From contig NW_024704742.1 of assembly GCF_018977255.1 (NCBI RefSeq), positions 18,416,001 to 18,480,000 of the forward strand: DNA of 64,000 bases, read 5' to 3'. The notes under the pieces were generated by a model, which saw only the letters and a list, made by a program, of their open reading frames with translations, did not search any database and was not told the DNA's origin. Source of the DNA: Callorhinchus milii. Lineage: Eukaryota. How positions within the stretch are numbered: the first letter of the stretch is position 1; each line of letters begins with the position of its first letter. The translations under genes and the position numbers were made by a program. Positions 36,919 to 46,406 of the stretch are shown here, piece by piece.

Positions 36919-39900
36919 ATTGCTGCCGCTTTGACCCGAGCCCCCTCATTCCCTACCTCCCTACTCCCTCCTCTCTTCCCCCAAACCCTCCCCCCTCTGC
37001 AACTCTCCCGTTGTGTCCTCCTCTCTCTGCGTCCCTCTCCTCTTCTATCCCCACTTGACCCTCCCACAACCTCCCTCTGCTCCAGCCTGGGAATCCTCCG
37101 CCGGGCTCACCGTGGCACTCGGCGTTGGCTGTCCAGCAGCAGCCACACCGACTGCCCCATTCCCCACCACTCTCGCCACCCACCCCGGACACAGACCCGG
37201 GGAGTCAACCTCTCCTCCCTCATCCCCATCTCCCCCACCCCTGCCTCACAACCTGGACCCCCCTCCCCTCCCACACACCCTTCTGTCAACCGCTCCCTCC
37301 ACATCGGACTGCAAAATGTCCGCTCCCTCTGCAACAAGGCCCTGGTCATCAACGATCTCATCCTTGATGAGAACGTTGATATCATGGCCTTGACAGAAAC
37401 GTGGCTCACCCCAGGCGACACCTTCCCCCTCACGGAGGCCACGCCACCCGGCTACACCTCCCACCACATCCCCCGCCCCAACCGCCGTGGCGGTGGTGTT
37501 GCCCTTATCTCAAGGACACCACTTGCCCTATCCCCCTACTCCACTGGCTCTTTCCCCTCCTTCGAGCACCTCACCCTCTCCCACCCCTCATTCCTCTCCC
37601 TTAAAATCCTCCTCCTCTACCGGCCCCCTAAAACCTCTCCCACCTTCATCTCTGACATTTCAACACTCCTCACATCTCTTTGCCTCTGCTCCGATCGCCT
37701 CATCATCCTGGGCGACTTTAACCTACACTTCACCCCCTCCTGCTCCATCTCCACAGACTTCTCTTCCCTGCTCTCCTCACTCAACCTTTCCCTACACATA
37801 AACTCCCCCACTCACAGTCACGGCCACCCACTCGATTTGGTGATCACCCGGGGCCTCAGTGTCTCGGATGTCACTATTACCGACAAGGCCATCTCCGACC
37901 ACTACTTCATCTCCTTCACCACCTCCACCCCCCTCCCCACCTCCACCAGACCCACCACCATCTTCTACCGCCCTTGGAAGAAGTTACCCCCACAATCCCT
38001 AACCGATGCCTTGGAGTCCTCTGAACTCCTCTCCCTCTGGCCTTCAACCCTCACCGACCCCTCTTCTCCTCTCTCCCTCCTCCACAATATCCTCTCCTCC
38101 ACACTCGATACTCTTGCCCCCATCACTTCCCGCACTGTCTCCTACTCCCGCTCCTCCCCCTGGTACACCACCCACCTCCGCTCACTGAAATGCCAGGTGC
38201 GGGCTGCTGAGCGCACCTTTGTCAAATCCGGCTTAACGGTCCACCGACAAATCTGGCTGGACCTCCTCAAAATTTACCGCTCCACTCTAGCCTCGGCCAA
38301 GTCGTCCTTCTACTCCAGGATAATCCTGGAGGCGAAGAACAACCCCAGGCTACTGTTTTCCACCACATCCCGACTCCTCCGTCCCCCCCGCCACCCCGCG
38401 CAGGTCATCTCCTCCAACCTTCACTGCGAGGAGATGCTGGATTTCCTTGAATCCAAGATCAAGGGAATCCGCTCCGCGGTCACTTCCCCTCCAACTTCCA
38501 CCCACCACCCACCCCTTCCCTCCCACACTCCGACTCCTACCCATCCTCCCCTACACACCTTCGTACCCGTTTCCCCACCCTCTGTCACTGAACTCATCCT
38601 ATCCCTAAAACCAACCACCTGCTCCCTTGACCCCATCCCCACTCCACTCCTTATCTCCCAGCTCCATTTTCTTGCCCCACACATCACTGACATCATAAAC
38701 CTGTCCCTCTCCTCTGGCTCTGTCCCCATTCCATTAAAAACTGCCATCATCACGCCCACCCTGAAAAAACCCTCCCTTGATGCGTCGCAGCTATCAAGCT
38801 ACCGGCCCATCTCCAACCTCCCCTTTCTCTCCAAGGTCTTGGAAAGAGTTGTCGCCTCCCAACTGCGCTCTTTCCTCTCCACCCATTCTCTTTTTGAACC
38901 CCTTCAGTCAGGTTTCCGTGCTGCTCATAGCACAGAAACTGCCCTGGTCAAGGTCACCAATGATATCCTGACCATCTGTGACCAGGGCTCCCTCTGTCTC
39001 CTCGTCCTCCTCGACCTATCGGCAGCATTCGATACGGTCGACCACACTATCCTACTCCACCGCTTGTCCTCCCACCTCAACCTTCAAGGCACTGTCCTTG
39101 AATGGTTTAGGTCGTACCTTTCTCACCGTCTTCACTTCGTCTCAACGAATGGCTTCTCCTCCACCCCCCGTACTGTCTCATGTGGTGTCCCTCAGGGCTC
39201 TGTCCTCGGTCCCCTCCTCTTCACCCTCTATATGCTCCCCCTTGGTGACATCATCCGCAAACATGGGGTTAACTTCCACATGTATGCGGATGACACCCAA
39301 CTCTACCTTTCCTCCTCTACTCTCAACTCCACGACCACCGATGTCCTGACAGCCTGCCTGTCCGACATCGAGTCCTGGACGAGAGACAACTTTCTTCAGC
39401 TCAACGTGCAAAAAACCGAGGCCCTCCTGATTGGCTCACGTCAGCGCCTCCGCACCTCAGGCGCTGACACCATCAGCATCCAAGGCTGCACTCTCCACCT
39501 CTCAAAGCCAGTCAGGAACCTCGGCGTTTTGTTCGACCCTGAGCTGTCCTTTCTCCCTCACATCCGCACCACAACTGGCACCGCCTTCCATCACCTCCGG
39601 AATATCGCCAGATTACGGCACTACCTCACCCCTCACGCTGCTGAAACCCTGGTTCACGCCTTTGTCACCTCAAGGCTGGACTATGGGAACTCTCTCCTCG
39701 CCGGCCTTCCCGCCACCTCCCTCCACAAGCTGCAGGTCATTCAGAACTCTGCAGCTCGTGTACTGTCCCGCACCAGGCTTCGGGACCACATCACTCCCAC
39801 CCTCGCTCGCCTCCACTGGCTCCCCATCCCCCAGAGGATTGATTTCAAGATCCTCATCCTCACCTACAAGGCCATTCACGGCCTTGCTCCCTCCTACCTC

Positions 39901-40179
39901 TCCAACCTACTATCCCCCTACCTACCTGCCCGTACCCTCCGTTCCTCTGGCTCCGGTCTGCTCCACGTCCCCCGCCCCAACCGCCCTACTATCGGTGGTC
40001 GGGCCTTCAGCCTCTCAGCCCCGAGGCTCTGGAACTCCATCCCCCAGTGCCTTCGCCTTGCTTCCTCCCTTTCCTCCTTCAAGGCCGGTCTCAAAACCTT
40101 TCTCTTTGACCGTGCCTTCAGCTCCCCTCTCGACTCTCTTCCTCCTCCTCGCTCCCTCCCTTCCCTCCCCTCACCCTGA
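36919..40179 (+). CDS. L2 ORF: Pro-rich N-terminal extension, APE endonuclease, reverse transcriptase
   Basis: Motifs LQNVRS, LTETW, LGDFN, LDLV, SDH (APE) and [33 protein letters not shown] (RT). Start placed at ATT 36919, which aligns with the ATG of copy B. Confidence 0.92.
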   Translation: MAAALTRAPSFPTSLLPPLFPQTLPPLQLSRCVLLSLRPSPLLSPLDPPTTSLCSSLGILRRAHRGTRRWLSSSSHTDCPIPHHSRHPPRTQTRGVNLSSLIPISPTPASQPGPPSPPTHPSVNRSLHIGLQNVRSLCNKALVINDLILDENVDIMALTETWLTPGDTFPLTEATPPGYTSHHIPRPNRRGGGVALISRTPLALSPYSTGSFPSFEHLTLSHPSFLSLKILLLYRPPKTSPTFISDISTLLTSLCLCSDRLIILGDFNLHFTPSCSISTDFSSLLSSLNLSLHINSPTHSHGHPLDLVITRGLSVSDVTITDKAISDHYFISFTTSTPLPTSTRPTTIFYRPWKKLPPQSLTDALESSELLSLWPSTLTDPSSPLSLLHNILSSTLDTLAPITSRTVSYSRSSPWYTTHLRSLKCQVRAAERTFVKSGLTVHRQIWLDLLKIYRSTLASAKSSFYSRIILEAKNNPRLLFSTTSRLLRPPRHPAQVISSNLHCEEMLDFLESKIKGIRSAVTSPPTSTHHPPLPSHTPTPTHPPLHTFVPVSPPSVTELILSLKPTTCSLDPIPTPLLISQLHFLAPHITDIINLSLSSGSVPIPLKTAIITPTLKKPSLDASQLSSYRPISNLPFLSKVLERVVASQLRSFLSTHSLFEPLQSGFRAAHSTETALVKVTNDILTICDQGSLCLLVLLDLSAAFDTVDHTILLHRLSSHLNLQGTVLEWFRSYLSHRLHFVSTNGFSSTPRTVSCGVPQGSVLGPLLFTLYMLPLGDIIRKHGVNFHMYADDTQLYLSSSTLNSTTTDVLTACLSDIESWTRDNFLQLNVQKTEALLIGSRQRLRTSGADTISIQGCTLHLSKPVRNLGVLFDPELSFLPHIRTTTGTAFHHLRNIARLRHYLTPHAAETLVHAFVTSRLDYGNSLLAGLPATSLHKLQVIQNSAARVLSRTRLRDHITPTLARLHWLPIPQRIDFKILILTYKAIHGLAPSYLSNLLSPYLPARTLRSSGSGLLHVPRPNRPTIGGRAFSLSAPRLWNSIPQCLRLASSLSSFKAGLKTFLFDRAFSSPLDSLPPPRSLPSLPSP

Positions 40180-42988
40180 CCATTTCCCCCTCCTCTCTCC
40201 CCTCCCTTCCCTCCCCTCACCCTGACCATTTCCCCCCTGCTCGGGTCATGACCCAACTGTGCAGCGCCTTGGGACGTCCTCCTGACGTGAAAGGCGCTCT
40301 ATAAATGGAATCTTGTTGTTGTTGTTGTTGTTGTTTTGTCATAAAATTTAAGATACCACCAAAGTGTGGGAGATGCTTGATTTGGAAGGAATGTTTTTGC
40401 ATCTCATAAAAAAAACAACTTCTAAATTAAGACTCCTCAGTTGCATGTGAACTTACGCTTTATGACAGAATGGTTTTACAGGCCAAGATGTTGTGGGATT
40501 TAAAGCCTGATGTTTGTCTTTCAACTGATCTGTAACTATTACATTTTATTCTTCTGCTTTTACTTATTGTCACTGTCACAGACTCTGCTTTTGCCTTTAT
40601 TCCCCAAGCACCTCCTCTTCTCCATAGTCACCCGATCTCCCTGGCACTCTCTCTGGGTTGATATCTTCAGGGTGGTCTTGCTGGCAATGTCTGCCATGTC
40701 AGCTCTTGAGCATTTCCCCTGGGCGTCACATAGTTTTCTGTCTCCTCTCCATCATTCTGTCTGTTGATTCTGCTCTGATTGAGTTCTCAAGTCTATTATT
40801 GGCCACCCAAATGAATCCAGGGAGAAGCCACAAACCAAGCTCCTGCAGGGTCTCAGTACCTGCCCTATTTAGCTCTCATCTTTATTCTGTCTTGCACCAA
40901 TAAAACTCCATTCACTCTTAAGCAATTTAGTTGTTGTTAAGCCCTGCATTAACCTGGTCTAACTTTTTTTTACAATATCCAATAATACTTTCTTAACTAA
41001 AGTATTTGCAATTGAAGGTGAGTTTCAGTGTTGGGGTTAGCAATGGCTTCAGTGGGTTTTAGTTGGGTCAGGTCATTTCTTTAGTAAAATCTACTTGTAT
41101 ATAGCAACAACTTGTATTTATATAGCACCCCACATGTAGGGTAGCTTCCCAGAACACTCGACAGTGGCGAAGCATGACTCTGAGCTGTGGGGAGGTGACC
41201 GTAGGCACGGTTAAAGATCTTCAGGTACAATCTGAAGATGGGGAAGGATAAATTCTTTTAAGTAAGGACCATTTGCATCTGCGTAATGCTGGAGGGTGTG
41301 AAGAATGACAATATATTGTTTTGTACAATACAATATATTGTATTGTTTCAATACACTATTCAATGCCTTGATTCTGCTTATCCTCATTCCCTAAAGACTC
41401 TTCAACAACCTCTCTCACACACATTGAATTGTGCAGAGTTACATAGAAATATATAGAATGTTACAGCACATATATAATTAGTTAAACTATGCCAGTGTTT
41501 ATACTCCACATTAGTCTCCACACCTCCTAATCTCCTCTCCTATATTCCTCAATTTCCTTCTCTCTCACGTATTATTGATAATTTCTGCTTCAACAACAGC
41601 TTCTAGCAGTGAGTTCTCCATAAATATCATCTCTCTCAATATCCCTTTTATTTGATCAAATTTGTTCTTCCCTCTGTCTGTGTTGTTTGTCAAGAAAGGT
41701 CACCACCTGGTAGCAATAATAGTTGTGACATTGGAACATAGTCCATAATCTTCTCTGCGTCAGAAAATCTAACTATGAAGATACTGATTCATGTTCATCA
41801 TTGATGAATCATTTTAAGCGATCTACAGGATGTATATATAAAAAATAAACTGCATTGAAGTTATTTTCTATTTGTTCACACCATTGTTTTCCTCACCCGT
41901 TTCCTCATTGACTAACTTGGAGCACTTACTATTTGCAAACCTGACAGTGGTGATGATCAAAGTGTAGAGCACAAATGTTATATCCTTCCTCATCCCTTAG
42001 ACAAGAAATAGCTGATTCCAACAATGACCAATTTTCAATAGCAGTGAAAGGGCAGACTCTGCTATATTGCCAGTAATTGCAGGCTTGTTCACTGCACAGC
42101 AAGTCTGGCTCATCAGCAGGACCTGGAAGGGCAGACCAGTCACTGGGGGCAGGGAGTCATCCCACTCAGCTCCTGTTAACCCTGCAAGCCAAAGCCATAA
42201 CCGGTAGGGTGGTCCTAGCTGGACCAGCAGCGGGAAAGCTTGCCAGACAGCAATATCAATGGCAAACTATGCAGTTTTGGCCGATTAGATTCCAGCAGTA
42301 CCCCACCCCACACTCTGAGGTCCCCAAGCCTTGGTTCCTGCCAACCTGCACCTAATGCTCTCCAGAATGAACATGATGCATCCCTCCAGGGAGAGTTTGT
42401 GTTCCATTCCAACAATCTATCTCTGGAATTTCCATGCACAGGTGGGATGCATGGAATTCTCAGCTTGGTTTGGATACTCTTAAGCATGGTGATGGGTTTC
42501 AGCTTGTAGCAGATACCTGGCTGACCAAAAAAAAACAGCATTAAAAGATTGGTTCAGATAAAGAAGCCCCTTTGACCTACTTTACCTGATCCTTCCATAT
42601 CTACCATCTTCCTACAACAGAATCAAGCTGTTTTGTAAGTGACGTTTGATTGGATAAAGTTAAAGGATCAATTAAAAATAATCTATGGCCATTTATTTCT
42701 TTGAGTGAAGCAAGTCATTCAATCAGATAACTCAAAAAGTAACCCTTTAGAAGGTCCATAGTCACTTACAATGTGGTTTGATATATAAATTTAGTTAGAA
42801 TGGTTTTAGTTCAACAGTGGGACACTGCTACCAACACCCTGCTTGAGATGTTCCAATACCACAAACATGTGGTAGTGGTATTGTAGTGTTCACTTTGAGA
42901 ACTAGCATTGACAGTGTCCAATGTTAGTTCAGGTTTGGATTCAAACTTGTTTCCTCAGATTAGAGCTCAACATTGGGGAGAAATGTAT

Positions 42989-44196
42989 TATATCCAGTCA
43001 GCCTAACGTCAGTAGTAGGGAAACTTCTAGAGACTATAATCCAGACAAAATAAATTTTCACTTAGAAAAATATGGGTTAATAAAGGGCAGCCAACACGGA
43101 TTTGTTAAAGGCAGGAAGGATGATGGTAGTGCAGTTGATATAGTTTATATGGATTTTCAAAAAGTGTTTGATAAAGTGCCACAGAAGAGGTTGGGACAGT
43201 GGCAGCATGGATACAGAACTGGATGGAATACAGAAAGCAGAGAGTTGTGGTGAACGATTGTTTTTCTGACTGGGGGTGAAGTGTGCAGTGGTGTCCCCGA
43301 GGGGCAGTATTGGGACCACTACTCTTTTTGATCTATATAAATGGGTATAGACTTGGGTATAGGGAATAGAATTTCCAAGTTTGCAGATGATACTAAGCTA
43401 GGAAAAGTAGTAAACGGTGAGAATGATAGTAGCAGACTGCAAGAGGATATAGATAGCCTGAAACGATAGGCAGGCACATGGCAGATGAAGTTTGATGTGG
43501 AGAAACACGAAGTGATGGATTTTTAGAGGAAGAATGAGGACAGGCAATATAGCTGATGGTACAATCTTAAAGGGGGTGAAGGAACAGAGAGACCTGGGGG
43601 TTCATATAAATAAATCTTTGAAGGTGGCGGGACAGGTGGATAAAGCTGTTAAACAAAGCATACAGGATACTTGGCTTTACAAATAGGGGCATAGAATACA
43701 AAAGTCGGGAAGCTATGATAAATCTTTATAAAACATTGGTTATGCCTCAGCTAGAGTGCTGTGTTCAGTTATCAGGAGAGGGTAGAGAAGCCAGGATTAT
43801 TTTCCTTGCAGCAGAGAAGGTTAAGAGGAGACTTAATAGAAGTTTACAAAATGATGAGCGGATTTGCTAGGGTGAAGAAGGAGAAACTATTGCCACTGGC
43901 AGGTGGGTTGATAACCCAAGGACACCGATTTAAAATAGTTGTAAAAGAAACAGAGGGGAGTTGAGGAGAATTTTTTTCACAGAGTGAGTTGTTTGGAGCT
44001 GGAATGCATTGCCTGAAAGGGTGGTGGAAGCCAATTCGATAATAACTTTTAAGAGAGAAGTAGGTAATTATTTGGGGAGGACAAGTTTGAAGGGGAGAGC
44101 AGGGGAGTGGGATTGATTTGGATAGGTCTTTTAAAAGAGCTGGCACAGACACGATAGGCTGAATGGTGGTCTTCTGTGCTGTATAATTCTATGACT
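42989..44196 (+). mobile_element. Degenerate CR1 LINE (RT to 3' end)
   Basis: QHGFVKGR, VDIVYMDFQKVFDKVP, KFADDTKL, RRLRGDLIEVYK; CR1-type 3' end ...attctatga. Confidence 0.88.
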
Positions 44197-44309
44197 CCAC
44201 AGCAGATTCGAGTGATATGATGGTTGTTTCATAAGATACTTGTTTGAATTAAACCGATATCCAGTGAAGCAGTACTGAGATCCATTGAAAGTGCACCCTC
44301 CGCATCACC

Positions 44310-44555
44310 ATTTGAGGTCACACTTTCAGCCACTACGCCCTGAAACTGTGGAAAACTCCCCCTCAATCCCTCCACCTTGCGCACTCTCTCTCCCCTTTTT
44401 CAAGACTCACCTGAAAACCTTCCTTTTCGACCGTGCTTACGTACACCTCCCCGCCACCCCACCTCTGGCTTGAAGTCAGGCCCTGCCACTGTTAAGCGCT
44501 CTGGAGACACTACCCTGCGTGGAGGGCACTATATAAGTGAAAGTTGTTGTTGTTG
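44310..44555 (+). mobile_element. L2 3' end
   Basis: [14 protein letters not shown] and (TTG)n tail. Confidence 0.78.
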
Positions 44556-45177
44556 AAATATAGACCCCTGCAATTCAAAACGGGAAAGGGAGTGCTGAAA
44601 TCTTTGGGCTCCACAATGAGTCATGGTTGAAGGGTGAACAGGTTGGAATGCAGTGCTCGAATCTGAAGTCAATGCATAATTATCAACTGAAATTTCACTA
44701 TATGATGAATATCAGCTCAAATCTATCATGAGGTTTTGCATCTCATTGTGTGACTGGAGTCAAAAATGTTTAAAGTTTGTTTAAAATAGCCAGAATAAAA
44801 GGAGAGCAAATGATACATTTACATCATGTACTGTTACAGTAATTAGAATAAACATGACAAATGTAGATTGTTTTCACTAGAACACACAGAAAGTTAGAAA
44901 GGGGTCTTCTAAAGATCTTAAAGACTGAAAGGTTTGAGAGGTGAAATATTGGTAGATTATTCCCACTGGTTGCTGAATCTGTGAGAAGTGCTCTGAGTTT
45001 AGGATTGTCACTGTTTTTCTTTTAATCACTCAGAATTTAAGTGAGAGTTGCAGGAGGTAAAATGTAGCTAGTTCCATTCAATGATTTTCAATATCTGCTT
45101 TTGATACAATAAAGGACTGAAACTGGAACCAGATTTGACGATATGAGATATGATTGACATTATTGCTCATCCGCAAG

Positions 45178-45183
45178 TTTATT
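45178..45183 (-). promoter_or_regulatory. Candidate ASIC5 polyadenylation signal (AATAAA on -)
   Basis: tttatt on +, about 325 nt past the stop codon; based on position only. Confidence 0.3.
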
Positions 45184-45507
45184 CAGATTTGCCTTCAATT
45201 TTTAAACAATAAAATACTTAAATTCTTATGTTATTGATAAATATATGGATAAAAGTGGCTGTTTGGATTTTTGTTTCATAGATGTAAAAATTCATGAAGG
45301 AAACAGAAATTGAGAATAAATGTGTGAGATTTGAGCCCGGATTCATTGTGTTCTCACATCAAATCTGTTATGAAATCTCACAAATTTACCCCCAGTAAAT
45401 ATTCCCTCCCTTGGACATTCTCTTCAATTACAGCTTGTTCAGCTTGTTCAATAAAATGACCAGGTTAAAAAATACCCACAAGGATTCTCTCTTCTCACCC
45501 AATTGGT

Positions 45508-45701
45508 TTAAAAGACTTTTGGTTGCTTTGTTTCTTTGCGATGAGAAATCTGAATGACAGAAATGTTGTTCACACCATCTGGCAGTTTTAGCAACCAAAC
45601 TAATCCCAGCCAATAGGATTTGATGATAAGGTATTCGAGGATTTCAATAATAGTTATGCAGCTTGCACCACAGAACAACCCGAGCTGTCCTCCGATGTCA
45701 C
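45508..45701 (-). CDS. ASIC5: ASIC5 terminal exon, TM2 with GAS selectivity motif
   Basis: cag|GT GAC...TAA; GDIGGQLGLFCGASCITIIEILEY...KQPKVF*. Confidence 0.95.
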
Positions 45702-45756
45702 CTGTGAAATGGCAATAGAAAGAAACATCTATCATCACTGACTTTAAACTCATCTA

Positions 45757-46406
45757 CAACAACAACAAAATTACATTTGTATCGCGCCTTTCACATCGGG
45801 AGGACATCCCAAGGCGCTGAACAGACAGAGTTGCGGACCTGAGCTGAGGGTCGGGGTGGGGGATGGCAGGGGGGGAAGCAGGCAGATTGAAAGCAAGGAC
45901 AAAGAGGAGGGTCTTAAGTTGGGTCTTGAAAGTGTTGAGGGAGGGGGTGAGACAAAGAGACTGCGGGATGGAGTTCCAAAGAGTGGGGGCAGAATGGAGG
46001 AAGGTCCACTCAACGATAGTGGGGCGAGCAAGACAGGGAACGTCAGGCAGGCCAGAGCCTGCTGAGTGGAGGGAGCGAACAGGGTGGTAAGGGGTTAGGA
46101 AGTTGGAGAGGTAGGGGGAGCAAGACTGTGGAGGGCTTTGAAGGAGAGGACCAGGATCTTGAACTGTATTCTCTGTGTGATGGAAAGCCAGTGGAGTTGG
46201 GCAAGGATGGGGGTGTTAGGGTCGCGGAACCTAGTGCGCGGAGAGGACACGGGCTGCAGAGTTCTGGATGATCTGTAGCCTGTGGAGGGAGGAGTTGAGG
46301 AGGTCGACCATCAGTGAGTTTACATAGTCGAGCCTCAATGTAATGAAGGTGCATATGAGGGTTTCGGCGGCCTGCGGTGTGAGACAGTGTCGGAGCCGGG
46401 GGAAGG
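45757..46406 (-). mobile_element. Older L2, 3' part (interrupted by copy B)
   Basis: Degenerate L2 C-terminal coding sequence, 3' stem-loop and (TTG)n tail; continues at 50193-50548. Confidence 0.85.

Larger units (their letters stand above)
35989..40335 (+). mobile_element. Full-length young LINE-2 (L2 clade), copy A, single ORF
   Basis: 5' monomer array, 5' leader, uninterrupted APE+RT frame, 3' stem-loop (agcgcctt...aaggcgct) and (TTG)n tail; no clear target-site duplication. Confidence 0.95.

Noticed and set aside
39431..40256. Long alternative-frame and antisense ORFs in the L2 copies (264, 299, 112, 127 aa)
   Set aside because: The strong C/G skew makes stop codons rare, the products are low complexity, and sharing between copies only reflects recent common origin.
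41325..41346. Perfect 22-bp palindrome ACAATACAATATATTGTATTGT
   Set aside because: AT-rich and low complexity, with no supporting context.
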